Assembly: GCA_965235115.1 (NCBI GenBank)
Contig: OZ249439.1
Coordinates: forward strand, 2,480,001-2,544,000
Length of the DNA: 64,000 nt
Direction: 5' to 3'
DNA from: Laetmonice hystrix
Taxonomy: Eukaryota
Shown: piece after piece, positions 26,945 through 40,596 of the stretch
Position numbering within the stretch: the stretch's first letter is position 1
Layout of the letters: every line of letters begins with the position of its first letter
The notes under the pieces: generated by a model
Told to the model about the DNA's origin: nothing
Databases searched by the model: none
What the model saw: only the letters and a program-made list of their open reading frames with translations
Position numbers and translations under genes: made by a program

Positions 26945-28134
26945 CGGTAAATATCTTCGGTAAATTACCCAGGTTAAATACTGTGGACTGACACAGCAGT
27001 CTCTAACCTGGCCTGTGTGGAGGGCCCTGGTGGAGGTCGGTAAATATCTCAGCCAGTTACCCAGGTTAAATACTGTGGACTGACACTGCAGTCTCTAACC
27101 TGGTCTGTGTGGATGACCCTGGTGGAGGTCGGTAAATATCTCAGCCAGTTACTGGTTAAATACTGTGGACTGACACTGCAGTCTCTAACCTGGCCTGTGT
27201 GGAGGGCCCTGGTGGAGGTCGGTAAATATCTCAGCCAGTTACTGGTTAAATACTGTGGACTGACACTGCAGTCTCTAACCTGGTCTGTGTGGAGGGCCCT
27301 GGTGGAGGTCGGTAAATATCTCAGTCAGTTACTGGTTAAATACTGTGGACTGACACTGCAGTCTCTAACCTGGTCTGTGTGGATGACCCTGGTGGAGGTC
27401 GGTAAATATCTCAGCCAGTTACTGGTTAAATACTGTGGACTGACACTGCAGTCTCTAACCTGGCCTGTGTGGAGGGCCCTGGTGGAGGTCGGTAAATATC
27501 TCAGCCAGTTACCCAGGCTAAATACTGTGGACTGACACTGCAGTCTCTAACCTGGCCTGTGTGGACGGCCCTGGTGGAGGTCGGTAAATATCTCAGCCAG
27601 TTACTGGTTAAATACTGTGGACTGACACTGCAGTCTCTAACCTGGTCTGTGTGGAGGGCCCTGGTGGAGGTCGGTAAATATCTCAGCCAGTTACTGGTTA
27701 AATACTGTGGACTGACACTGCAGTCTCTAACCTGGTCTGTGTGGAGGGCCCTGGTGGAGGTCGGTAAATATCTCAGTCAGTTACTGGTTAAATACTGTGG
27801 ACTGACACTGCAGTCTCTAACCTGGTCTGTGTGGACGGCCCTGGTGGAGGTCGGTAAATATCTCAGCCAGTTACCCAGGCTAAATACTGTGGACTGACAC
27901 TGCAGTCTCTAACCTGGTCTGTGTGGAGGGCCCTGGTGGAGGTCGGTAAATATCTCAGCCAGTTACTGGTTAAATACTGTGGACTGACACAGCAGTCTCT
28001 AACCTGGTCTGTATGGACGGCCCTGGTGGAGGTCGGTAAATATCTCAGCCAGTTACTGGTTAAATACTGTGGACTGACACTGCAGTCTCTAACCTGGTCT
28101 GTGTGTGGACGGCCCTGGTGGAGGTCGGTAAATA
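26945..28134. repeat. 90-bp minisatellite x13
   Basis: ggtaaatatctcagccagttactggttaaatactgtggactgacactgcag... Confidence 0.97.
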
Positions 28135-29183
28135 TTGGGTCAACACGGGCGTTCACATCCACAAAGTATTCTCGTGTATAAGAAAATAGTAAGAAGATAG
28201 TAAATCTGAATGAATTCTCCTCACTCTGACCGTCGAGTGGGGATCCTGCCAACTTTGTAGATCTCATGATTGCCGTGTCGTGAAAGTATTTTGTTAGTAA
28301 GTCAGTTCATGAATCAACCGTAGGGGGGCGTTGTGGTATGTTGTTGGCTTACTCTCGCCGTTTCTCGTACACCTCCAAGACAAACATCACGTGATTAATA
28401 ACCAGTAAGTGGCAGGTAGTTTTTACCTCAGCCATTCTACCAACTTGTTCCCATAGAAACGATCGGTCCATCACACTCGTGTGTAGGTCCGGGTTTTTTT
28501 TACCGAAACCACCCACAATGCAAGTATCGGAAATGAAGGAGGAAAACTTGCCTCACCCGAGTAACAGCTGCCCGCCGATCTCTCGAGTGTTTAGCCACTG
28601 TCTCACACACACTATTTACTCGCCTTCAACAATATTTATTTGGACAAACCACTGGCAGAGAGCGGTACCTTTGGTGTCGGAGAGACGGCCACTTGAGGGC
28701 CCGACACTGGGAAGGTACTGTGAAACTGTGTCAGGCCGTCGCTGGGGTGGAGAGGGGCTTTGGTGTGTGCCGCCGGCCTGGGGCAGTGAGACGGCCGCCG
28801 GGCAGGGTGGCCTGGAGCAGGGTGGCCACGGTCCCCAGGTACGGGTCTGAGTGGGCTTTGATATCTGAGTGGGTTTGGGGAGGTTCCAGGTACTCGGAAA
28901 CTTCCCGTCATCCTGACCTCTAGTCGGCTCGTGGTTCCCTGACCGCCCACCAGGGGTGCTGCCATCGGGACGGAGACGCTGACAGTGAGATGTATCAGAT
29001 GAAGTCGATGTTTGTTCGGACTTTGTGTCTGGATGTGACATTGACAGCTCTCGTTGACAGGCTGAAAGCTTGGTCCTTGTGTCTAATGGACCCGTGCTGC
29101 CCCCATTGGGAGGGAAGGGACACTACAGTCATGTGTGCTTACATTGTCAGTGTCCTACTCATTACCCACTGTCTGTGACAGGG

Positions 29184-29720
29184 TTCCGCCCATGGTCCGG
29201 GCCGGGTCTGTCCGGCCGGGGTTCGGGAGTTGGTCCCGGAGGGGCCCCGCCTGTTCAGTGGGACAGAGAAGAAAGGACCCTCCCCACTTTGCCCGGTCCG
29301 GACCTGGTCTGTCCGGTCCTGATCCTGCCCAAGTCTGTCCGGGCCGGGTCTGTCCGGGCCGGGTCTGTCCGGGCCGGGGTCCGGGAGTTGGTCTCGGAGG
29401 AGCTCCGCCCGGTCAGGGGGACAGAGAGGGAAGGACCCTCCCCTCCTTGTCCTTGGTTCACCCCGGTCAGATGAGAACGCCTTGAACACTGCACCTCCCT
29501 CAGATTACAATAGTGATAACAACAGGCAGGTTCAAGGATCACACTGTCCGGGCCAGGTCTGTCCGGGCCAGGTCTATCCGGGCCGGGTCCGTCCGGGCCG
29601 GGTCCGTCCGGGCCAGGTCCGTCCGGGCCAGGTCTGTCCGGGCTGGGGTCCGGGATGAGAACTCCTTGAACACTCCACCTCCCTCAGTAGTGATAACAAC
29701 AGGCAGGTTCAAGGATCACG
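29184..29720. repeat. composite GC-rich 15-bp repeats (gtccgggccgggtct) plus about 184-bp period duplication
   Basis: atgagaac...caaggatcac block at 29471 and 29655. Confidence 0.85.
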
Positions 29721-32307
29721 GGGGAACCATTATAGACTCGAGCTGTAAGGGTTCAGGGTGAAGTTGTTGTTTGACCTTTGGTATGTAGAGGACCGGTCAG
29801 TGGCTCCACCTACAGTCGGATGGACGTAATCAATCAAGAGTCAGCAGAATCTTGGACTTAGAATGGTAAATGTTATAAGAAATATTGTAAATGGTATTTT
29901 GAATATTACTAATGGTGCGGGATGTTAGTGATAACGATACAAGATGAGCCATGGGGTGCAGAATGTTGCGGGGCGGGGTATCATTTATTACCCCATCTAC
30001 CCGGGGCACGGACAGCTGCCAGGGGTTCCTGACCTCCGTGACCTGTGGGTAATTGATATTCCTGTTTAGGGGTGAAAACGAAGCGGTAGTGAGGTGTGTA
30101 TGAGGTATTGATTGATGACCAGTATGTTAAGGACCTCATCAGTGTTGTTAGTGTACGTATCGTATCATTGAGTGGTCAGTTTTCACGGTCAGGCACCGTG
30201 ACCACGGCAGGGTGTGCCACCGCCCGCTGTGGTCATTGTTTCAGTCGTGCCTCACTGGTCAATCTCATGTCCAGCAGTCGCGGTGGGCAGTTCCCCATCT
30301 GGAGTGGTCACACCTGAGAAGACTGACCAGTGGTCAATGTTTACTCAGACCTCCTGCAGTGATCAGCAGGCGGTCATAGCACACTGACCCTCACAACCTC
30401 TTTGTCACCATGTACCTGGCCCTCAGCCACATGCCAACTTCTACTCTATCTACTCCAACCTGAGGGTGGGGGAGAGTCGGGCCGTGGGAGGTCTCTGACA
30501 TCAGATGTAGAAATCTGTTGTTTGCGGTCAGCGTGATTCCAGCAGCAGAGAAAGGAAAATATCTTTCTTGTCTGTTTTCTGAGGAAATGTCTAAACATTT
30601 AAACGATGTTGTAAGTTGATAGGGGAGTTTTTTGTCGATGATTTAGTTAAAGTTGCCGAGCATGGCGGGAGTAATTTCCTCCCTCTCTATGTTATTTACT
30701 GGCTGTCAGCGTAGATCCTTACACCCCCCCCCCCCCTCCGTCCCCATACACAGTCTGTGCTCGCCAGGCAAGGCGACCTACCTGTAAGCTTTACCTCTAT
30801 CACACCTGTAATTAATGTGGCCTGTGTCAGGTAAGATCTCAACACCTTCACCGTGAACAATAGCTGGCTGTCAGACTCACTCACAGCCAGTACAACTCGC
30901 CACTAACTCTGTGACATTCAAAATCAATATTTTAACTACATGATGACAAGCTCCATCTTGATTCCGTACTCAACTTCAGTGACACATCGGAACACGCGGC
31001 ATTTTTAAAACGAGCTCTTTAAACTTGTTTGAAATACTCCCTTTGTTCGCAAATATTATTGTAATGTCTACACCGTATTGGGGGGGGGAACACTTTGTTA
31101 AGTGTGTACCTAGACTTGGGTAATTTTAGCCAGCAGGGCCCAGTTTTTCAAACATTCTCAACTTGAGTAAAGCTTACTTTAAGACCGTATATTATTGACA
31201 TCTCCCCCGGTCTTAGAGTCTTTGTTTTCCTGTTCCACAATGTAAGAATTGGGATGGAAACAGACTTTTAACATAAAGATGTTTTAGAAAGTTATACCAT
31301 TTGTTTACTTCAGTTGGTTCTCATCTCAGACTGGTTAAAAAGTCATGAGAGTCAACCATATTACATCATCTTTACCCTTATAGTGGCTGTCTCCAGTAGC
31401 CCTGGGGACCCCCCCCCCCAGCCCCCCAGCCCGGTGTACCCCCCCCCCGGCATGCCGTGATTCAGTACCTCAGAATGCCTCCCTCTCAATCGGCCGTGTG
31501 GCCGGAAAGACCCCAGAGAACATATCTTCCTGAGCTGGCCTGAATATTGACGATACTCGTGAATGGAGAGAGTGTGAATGATATAAATGACTGACAATTA
31601 AATGTTCTCCCTGGAGATTTAGTGAAGTGTAGAATGGTATGGTTGTCATTGGTGTGAAATATCTTCACAGCGATATGAAATCCGAGGGATATTAACGTGA
31701 AGTGGATCGTTAAAACCTTGGCAGGCTGGAGCAAACACGCACAGCGACCAGACCGAACATCTACTCATTGTAACCATCCATTTTCAGTTTTTTTTCTGGA
31801 GGAAAGTTTTAAAACCATCTGAAGATGGTATGTTACCGAATTTGTTGACTCACCTAGACACACAATGAAAGAGAGGGATGGGTTTCGAAGACTCACACTG
31901 AAACGATTACCACCTTCCCAAAGGTAAACATATTGCACTTGGTGAAAATTGTCAGAGAAATTATACGGTATAAAATGTATGATCATGTGGCGTCAAGAGA
32001 CTGAAAAAAGTATGTCATGTGGCTGGAATTATAAGTGGTTTTTATGTTTGAACGCGAGCATGTAGCCATTTGAAAAGTACATAATGCGGAGCTGTCATTT
32101 GTTGGAACCACGCAATGGAGTGTCGTATTCCTGTAGATTCTGTGTCGTATTTCAGGCGGGATTGTGGATGATATTGTCTGATGATCTATACGTTGTGAAC
32201 GTGTGAATCCATGGCACAGTCATGGGAGACGATCAGACAGAAATGACCGTCCCTGTGGGTCTCACTGCTACTGAGAAGTCCTCTGAAATGTCACCGATCT
32301 TAAACCT

Positions 32308-32931
32308 AAAACCGGCTGTGTGCCCAGTCTGGAAATTTTGGTGGTGACTTTGGTAGGGGCTGATATTAGTGAAACACCTCAAACCGGCTGTGTGCCCAGT
32401 CTGCAGATTTTGGTGGTGACTTTGGTAGGGGCTGATATTAACTAGTGAAACACCTCAAACCGGCTGTGTGCCCAGTCTGCAGATTTTGGTGGTGACTTTT
32501 GTAGGGGCCGATATTAGTGAAACGCCTCAAACCGGCTGTGTGCCCAGTCTGGAGATTTTGGTGGTGACTTTGGTAGGGGCTGATATTAGTGAAACGCCTC
32601 AAACCGGCTGTGTGCCCAGTCTGCAGATTTTGGTGGTGACTTTGGTAGGGGCTGATATTAGTGAAACGCCTCAAACCGGCTGTGTGCCCAGTCTGCAGAT
32701 TTTGGTGGTGACTTTGGTAGGGGCTGATATTAGTGAAACGCCTCAAACCGGCTGTGTGCCCAGTCTGCAGATTTTGGTGGTGACTTTGGTAGGGGCTGAT
32801 ATTAGTGAAACGCCTCAAACCGGCTGTGTGCCCAGTCTGCAGATTTTGGTGGTGACTTTGGTAGGGGCTGATATTAGTGAAACGCCTCAAACCGGCTGTG
32901 TGCCCAGTCTGGTGACTTTGGTGGTGACCTC
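32308..32931. repeat. 72-bp minisatellite x~8.5
   Basis: aaaccggctgtgtgcccagtctgcagattttggtggtgactttgg... Confidence 0.97.
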
Positions 32932-33677
32932 CTAGTGAAAGTGTTTGTACTGAACGGTTTTCTGTATGAGATTTGGGAACCTCGACGTTTTGTTTATTCC
33001 TTGGTTAAAGACTAAGTTAGTAAAGGTAAAGTCTTGTCCCGGAAAAGACAGCTTTGATTGGACAAAAGGGTTTGCAGAACCAATATTGTTTAGTACCACA
33101 TCGATTTCCCCGCGGACTTGAGTATTATTAGGTATAGTGCCGACTGGCCACAAGGGTATAGATTAGATAGCTTGCTGTACGTGTCTGTATGTATGCCAGG
33201 GTTACAGACTGTGTATGGAGGGTGAGAATCAGGGGTACACCCACCTGAGGGTGATTGACCCAGATCAAACAGGTAATTGGGGGGAGAACCTCAGGGAATC
33301 CTGCCAGGTCCTATAAACAATGTTGGAGATGGTTAACTTTATGTTACCTGTCTTCATACTGTTATCCCCGCTGGAATTAGACGGCCTGAGAAGAATAGGG
33401 ATCATTGGTCTGGACTGAAGGGGTAGAGGCTTTCACCCCCGGGAGATCAGTGGAGGAGGGGGAGGGCAAACATCAGATCCGGGACACTGAAGGGTTGGGG
33501 TGTGAGAAGTGGAACCTATCGAAATGAAGGCAGGGGTATACCCTGGGGGTGTGGGAGGGGGTTTAAAGTCAGCCAGTCTGAAGTGGCCATTGTGTGCCTG
33601 TATTTACAAAAATGTATAGCGATAATTCATGCTGATATGTATCATGTTGACGTCAGATTCTCGAATATTTAATTTGG

Positions 33678-34044
33678 ACCCTGTAAAGTGAGAGTTTGAT
33701 CCTGGAAACCCTGTAAAGTGGAAAGTTGATCCTGGAAACCCTGTAAAGTTGGAGTTTGATCCTGGAAACCCTGTAAGGTGGGAGTTTGATCCTGGAAACC
33801 CTGTAAAGTGGGAGTTTGATCCTGGAAACCCTGTAAAGTGGGAGTTTGATCCTAGATCCTAGCAACATGACCCTTGAAACTCTGTAAGGTGAGAGTTTGA
33901 TCCTGGAAACCCTGTAAAGTTGGAGTTTGATCCTGGAAACCCTGTAAGGTGGGAGTTTGATCCTGGAAACCCTGTAAAGTGGGAGTTTGATCCTGGAAAC
34001 CCTGTAAAGTGGGAGTTTGATCCTAGATCCTAGCAACATGACCC
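33678..34044. repeat. 30-bp minisatellite with 171-bp higher-order duplication
   Basis: accctgtaaagtgggagtttgatcctggaa; flank agatcctagcaacatgaccc at 33854 and 34025. Confidence 0.95.
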
Positions 34045-34422
34045 AGTCCGACTGGCTGACTGTGAAACATGTAGGAGTGAAGGTAGCATTTATTTAATCA
34101 TTCTGACCCATTCTGTCTCCATGACACAATCTACAACAACAGGAAACACTGCGTTAACCGCCTTGTGATTACAGACAACTTAAAAAATATCCTGAAAGAA
34201 AGAGAAGAGTGAGCCATGACTCTGTGATAGCAGCTACAGTAACACTGATTCAGTGGTGTCGTGTTGGTGAGAAATTAGGTCACAGTGGGGAACAAAAACT
34301 AAACTTCTAGTGATTGATACTGAAATGTCATGCGATGTTTGATTCTGAGTTAGGTTTAAGACATTTCAGGGAGACCGTGAACCACAGGTGTGTGGGGATG
34401 GTTGGCAGGGGGAACAAACTTG

Positions 34423-34608
34423 GAACACTGCACTATGAACTATGAACAGTCCTTGAACACTGCACCATGAACAGACCATGAACACTGCACCATGAACAGA
34501 CCTTGAACACTGCACCATGAACAGACCATGAACACTGCACCATGAACAGACCTTGAACACTGCACCATGAACAGACCTTGAACACTGCACCATGAACAGA
34601 CCTTGAAC
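34423..34608. repeat. 25-bp minisatellite x~7
   Basis: tgaacactgcaccatgaacagacc(a/t). Confidence 0.93.
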
Positions 34609-35588
34609 GCTCAAGGTGAGGTGAGAACTGATTTCACTGAGCCCCAAACCCGTCGGGATTTGTTGCAGACCTCAAACAGACAGACAACCTCTGCTGGCGA
34701 AGTGTTTCAGCGTTGTTGTGTTTAGAAACATCTTGAAAAGTTCACGGGATAGAACCGTAGATGTCAGAGACCCAAAACAATGACTTGAAGAGGACGACAT
34801 TCACTGACATGAAATCAGTCTCTGTTCATCTCGAGCACCTGGTGGAAACGTTACTGACTGCACACACACTGCTCCTGTACCCAGCCTGGAGGACGGCAAG
34901 GTCTCACAAACCACACACAAACAGGAGGCAGTTTTTAACTACACCACCTGGTACCTCTTAAAGTATACAGGACAAGCTGTAGGAGAAAGAAATTAAAGCC
35001 TGTCATTGAAGGCCATGTAATGAATGTTGTCACTGTAGGAGCAGGGGTGATTTAGGAGTATGTTTGGGGCAGAGTGGCCTGCAACAATCGGTGAGTGTGA
35101 GACGTGTTACGACGGCTGTGCCGAGCAGAGAGAAGAATTTGGTGGTTGGAAACAGTTGATTTACGACTACACTGAACGGAAACGTGTGGAAACCTCAACC
35201 ACAGCCCGTGTTTGGGTCACAGCCCGTGTTTGGGTCACAGCCCGTGTTTGGGTCGCCCGGTTAATCTGGTAGTAAGTGGGGGTTGGACAGGTGTGTGCGG
35301 GTCTCCGGCACACAGGAGGCACGAGGAGTTCCCGCCATCAGGATCAATATTAGGAGATTCAAGAAAAGTGGAAAATATAAGTATCGAACGAGGAGGATAT
35401 GGAAGGAACTGCAGTCATGTCTGAGAGACAGGGTATGATGGAGGCGTGGGCAGAGAGAGACAGAGAGAGGGAGGGAGAGGGAGAGGGAGGGGGAGAGAGA
35501 GGGAGGGGGCAGAGAGAGTAGGGAAGGACGGACAGCCACGTTGTTGGCGTATAAACGATAGAGCCAGGGCATGGTTGTCTGTTAGTGG

Positions 35589-36344
35589 ATTATTGAAGGC
35601 CAGAGTGGAGTGTGTGGATGTATTATTGAAGGCCAGAGTGGAGTGTGTGGATGTATTATTGAAGGCCAGAGTGGAGTATGTGGATGTATTATTGAAGGCC
35701 AGAGTGGAGTGTGTGGATGTATTATTGAAGGCCAGAGTGGAGTATGTGGATGTATTATTGAAGGCCAGAGTGGAGTATGTGGATGTATTATTGAAGGCCA
35801 GAGTGGAGTGTGTGGATGTATTATTGAAGGCCAGAGTGGAGTGTGTGGATGTATTATTGAAGGTCAGAGTGGAGTGTGTGGATGTATTATTGAAGGCCAG
35901 AGTGGAGTGTGTGGATGTATTATTGAAGGCCAGAGTGGAGTATGTGGATGTATTATTGAAGGCCAGAGTGGAGTGTGTGGATGTATTATTGAAGGCCAGA
36001 GTGGAGTATGTGGATGTATTATTGGAGGCCAGAGTGGAGTGTGTGAATGTATTATTGAAGGCCAGAGTGGAGTGTGTGGATGTATTATTGAAGGCCAGAG
36101 TGGAGTGTGTGGATGTATTATTGAAGGCCAGAGTGGAGTATGTGGATGTATTATTGAAGGCCAGAGTGGAGTGTGTGGATGTATTATTGAAGGCCAGAGT
36201 GGAGTGTGTGGATGTATTATTGAAGGCCAGAGTGGAGTATGTGGATGTATTATTGAAGGCCAGAGTGGAGTGTGTGGATGTATTATTGAAGGCCAGAGTG
36301 GAGTGTGTGGATGTATTATTGAAGGCCATGTGGAGTGTGTGGAT
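35589..36344. repeat. 33-bp minisatellite x~23
   Basis: tattgaaggccagagtggagtgtgtggatgtat. Confidence 0.97.
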
Positions 36345-36743
36345 ACCACTTGGAGCCCAAACATCCCCGGCTCGTGTAATCCTACTCCCAGCTGACTACC
36401 TCACGGAGCGTTCACCTGGAGAAGTTGTCGGGAGAGATGTGTTGACACGACCGACCGTGGAGGAGAGGCTCTCTCCATCCATCTCTGTCTACAGGACCTG
36501 GAGGTTTACGGTCATTGCAGATTCCTCCAGGTGTGGGAACGGGGTTCAGGCCACTGGAAGCCTGCCAGGAGGAATGGGCGTTCACCTACCCAAAAGAGGA
36601 AAACGAATTGGGGAAAAATCTTGTTTTTACGAAGTGAATGTTGTGGGTTGTTGTAATTGGTTGCAGAGATTGCGGACGATTTGTCGCTGTTTGTCCTGCT
36701 GTGTTCGGTCTGGTTTTCTGGATCCAGAGAAAGATTCATTCAA

Positions 36744-37610
36744 GGACCGACTGTTGGCCATGGTGGCGGTCAAGGCAGGCCAGGACCCACCGACTGTTGG
36801 CCATGGTGGCGGTGTTGCCAGGCCAGGACCCACCGACTGTTGGCCATGGTGGCGGTGTTGCCAGGCCAGGACCCACCGACTGTTGGCCATGGTGGCGGTG
36901 TAGGCAGGCCAGGACCCACCGACTGTTGGCCATGGTGGCGGTGTTGCCAGGCCAGGACCCACCGACTGTTGGCCATGGTGGCGGTGTTGCCAGGCCAGGA
37001 CCCACCGACTGTTGGCCATGGTGGCGGTGTAGGCAGGCCAGGACCCACCGACTGTTCGCCATGGTGGCGGTGTGCCAGGCCAGGACCCACCGACTGTTGG
37101 CCATGGTGGCGGTGTTGCCAGGCCAGGACCCACCGACTGTTGGCCATGGTGGCGGTGTTGCCAGGCCAGGACCCACCGACTGTTGGCCATGGTGGTGGTG
37201 TTGCCAGGCCAGGACCCACCGACTGTTGGCCATGGTGGCGGTGTAGGCAGGCCAGGACCCACCGACTGTTGGCCATGGTGGCGGTGTGGGCAGGCCAGGA
37301 CCCACCGACTGTTGGCCATGGTGGCGGTGTCGCAAGGCCAGGACCTACACGTGTGTACCCGGCTCACAACCACTGATGGTACCGAATGTACCGGGCCGTT
37401 CCCCCACGGCACGGTTCGCCATGGTGGCAGTGTTGCCGGGCCGGCAACCACTGATGGTACCGAATGTACCGGGCCGTTCCCCTAGCGGCCGGCACGGTTC
37501 GCCATGGTGGCGGTGTTGCCAGGCCAGGACCTACACGTGTGTAGCTGGCTCACAACCATTGATGGTACCGAATGTACCGGGCCGTTCCCCTAGCGGCCGG
37601 CACGGTTCCC
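36744..37610. repeat. 43-bp minisatellite x~14 followed by about 186-bp duplication of its 3' flank
   Basis: ccaggacccaccgactgttggccatggtggcggtgttgccagg; ccaggacctacacgtgtg at 37338 and 37524. Confidence 0.95.
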
Positions 37611-39975
37611 GTGTCAAGGCCCTCCTCGTGTTTTACGACCGTTTGAGCAGTTCACCACCTCCAGTCATCTGACCCCTAGCGTAAGCCGACAATCAGTGTT
37701 GTGAGTAATGAAAGGGCCGACGATCACCTGGAGCCTGGCCGCCAGGTGAGGGCTGTGACAGGAGAGACGTTGGTGTCGGGCCGTCCGCCCATCTTGTAAA
37801 ACAACAGGGGTACCGAGCTACACCCCCAACCTAATGGAGGGGGTGCAACCTTCCACCCTGATCCTGTCGTCATTATCCACGGTGACACTTCAGATCAACG
37901 AGCCCCGTTCGTGAACCAAATTTGTCCCGTTTGTTCAGAAACAAAAATTCCCCAAACGTAATATCAGAGACAGATTTGATTCCTCAGTGTAAGACAAATC
38001 ATTTTTTGACTCCATCAAATGGATAGCTTAAGTAAGAAGATACAGATAAAGTGTTAAAGGCTGAATTACCCCCCGGACGTGTTATCCGCCAATGTTTATC
38101 ATGCTATTATCGAATCTTTCTCTGGCCATAAATTTTGACATAGGTCTGGGCGGCATACCGTGACAAGTGGAATCCAAATTCTTATTGGTCCATGACATTT
38201 CTTCTGAACATCAAACGTAACTATACTGAGGGAACAAAACCAACTATCGGTTTTTCTATAAAGAAAGCCGTTAAATCTTTCATGTGAAAAATTACAAAAT
38301 GACCCCAAGAAAATTAACCATTGAAAGCTGAAATATCTGAGTGAAGGCGTGTAGTTTGAGAGACGCCGACCTGCCAGTCGTCAACATGTCCACTACCTCT
38401 CCTTGTCCACTAACACGTTGTTAACATATTTTCAAGGTAGTACTTTTCGCCTGGTTTGTTAGCCATCTCTGAAAACAACTTTGACATGAGGTTTCTCAGA
38501 GATACTGACATTCAAATTATAATATCACATGTTTTGGTAACCTATACTTTCCCTGCTAATAACTTGAAACTAAGAGTGGTCGTGATAAACTGTGGACAGA
38601 CCAAAGTATCGTGGTTAGCTCAGACTGGGTGGGGATCCTTGAGACCTAGCCTAACAGATTGCAGAGAACCAGTCGTTGATCGCGAGACTTAACGACATCG
38701 TTGTCGTCTTACCGAGCTGTGTGATTACAGGTAAAAACGTGCAGGGGTTTCCTGTGTGTGATTTACAGGGGCCCGTAGGCGGACCCACCATAATGGCTAC
38801 CACTTATTGGTACCCCCCCCCTCTCCGAGCCCGGCAGGCCCGGCTGACGGATCGTCTGCCGAGGTTAAAACGGTTCAAACGCCATCAAACTGACGCTGTC
38901 CACGTCGTCATTGTGACGAAACTGTCGGCAGACGACATAACGTCACAAATATCTTGACTGACCCGCTTTATACACACATTATACTATTAGTAGGGTTACT
39001 TGGCAGTGCGGGGGGACAATTACTATTTTAGTTGATACAAAGTTGTGTATATGAAGGGGGTATAGATTACACGGGAAATGTAGTGGATGTAAATGATAAA
39101 GTTCACCCTAGCTCGAAGTTACAGTAAGAACGACAAAGCTCTCTTATCGCTGACAACAATTATGTCTATTTTTCAGGGACATTTTTCTTACTGGGGGAAT
39201 TTAGTAAAAGTTAAGTGGAAAGGTCCAGGGGCTCGGTTTGAAAGGTTTGAGTTGCTTTCATCTTTGCCGGCCATCTTGTTCCCTTTATACACAAATTGTT
39301 TTCTTGATTATCAGACAGATCGACTAATGTATGTACTCCTAGCGTTTCCTCTGGGGGTTGACCGTAAAAAATACACTCAGTGATTCATGCGATGTTACGA
39401 TTTTATAATCCCAATTTGTTACTGCCGCCTAGAAGTGACAGATGTCTCATTCATTCACAGCAGTCTCATTAAGAGAAGAGTTTTTTGGGGTAGACGTGCA
39501 TTAAGAGAATAATCAGAAAACAACCCCAGCGGCAGTTTCCCGGGAGGTAAAATTCCACACGTCCGATTTTACAGGGACAGTGATCTTGAAATAACAGACC
39601 GGCACATTGGAGGTCGTCGAATGTAAATATCACTTTAACATTTAATTATTTGTAAATTGTCGATAATATCTTAGAGGATACAGAGATAAGTACATAGGCT
39701 GTCATAGGACAGGTGGCCTAGTCCGATCGACAGACATAAAGACACACAGATAGATAGGCAGACAGACGGGGTACTATAAGTGTGTGGAAGATCAGGCCCC
39801 CATCCTGAGACCAGCTAAGACCTACCCTCATCATCCGGGCTCTCAAGGCCAACGGCGGGTTGAGTCATGGGTCCATCTTCACCCCACCCCTGGGACCTCG
39901 GGGGGGGGGGGTACTTTAGCTATAAACTAAGGCTTTCGCAGGAAGATAGGTACCTTTAGCGATTGGGTATTGAAA

Positions 39976-40094
39976 GTATTGTATTGTAGATTACTGTATT
40001 GTATTGTAGATTACTGTTGTATTGTAGATTACTGTTGTATTGTAGATTACTGTTGTATTGTAGATTATTACTGTATTGTATTGTAGATTACTGT
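39976..40094. repeat. degenerate 18-23-bp AT-rich repeat
   Basis: gtattgtagattactgtt. Confidence 0.85.
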
Positions 40095-40290
40095 AAGTAA
40101 TTCCCTCATGAATTGATGGATGACAGATGGAGATATGGTCATGGAGTCCGTCATTAGGCTGACCCCGGGAGTGGCGACTGGCCGGCGTGGTGACCTCTGA
40201 ACTCTAGGAGGTATTCTACTCCTGACCAGGTGGACAACATGTTGACCTCTAACCCCGGCTTGTCCTCAGGCCCACCTGTCGACTGGCCAG

Positions 40291-40596
40291 GCGAGCCTTG
40301 GACACGGGGGGGGGGGGGGGCTGGCACACCTGTGTGTACGGCTTGGTCACTGTGTGTACGGCTGTAGGCCGTGCCACAGTGGGCCATGGTATGTGTGAGA
40401 CTTGGATCGTGTATAGGCTGTGGGTAGGTTTCTAACCCTGACGATCAGGTGAGCCTTGGACACGGTGGGGGGCTGGCACACCTGTGTGTACGGCTTGGTC
40501 ACTGTGTGTACGGCTGTAGACCGTGCCACAGTGGGCCATGATATGTGTGAGACTTGGATCGTGTATAGGCTGTGGGTAGGTTTCTAACCCTGACGA
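40291..40596. repeat. 152-158-bp direct duplication x2 containing a G-run
   Basis: gagccttggacacg at 40293 and 40451. Confidence 0.92.

Noticed and set aside
33200-33272. AG/GT-bounded segment reading GYRLCMEGENQGYTHLRVIDPDQT as a missing ds exon
   Set aside because: Ends in phase 1 whereas exon A needs phase 0, and it lacks the expected DxNDN/PxF/V.E pattern.
29480-34466. Shared 16-mer CCTTGAACACTGCACC at 29480 and 34451 as a dispersed element
   Set aside because: One 16-nt match among all position pairs in 64 kb is near chance expectation and does not extend.
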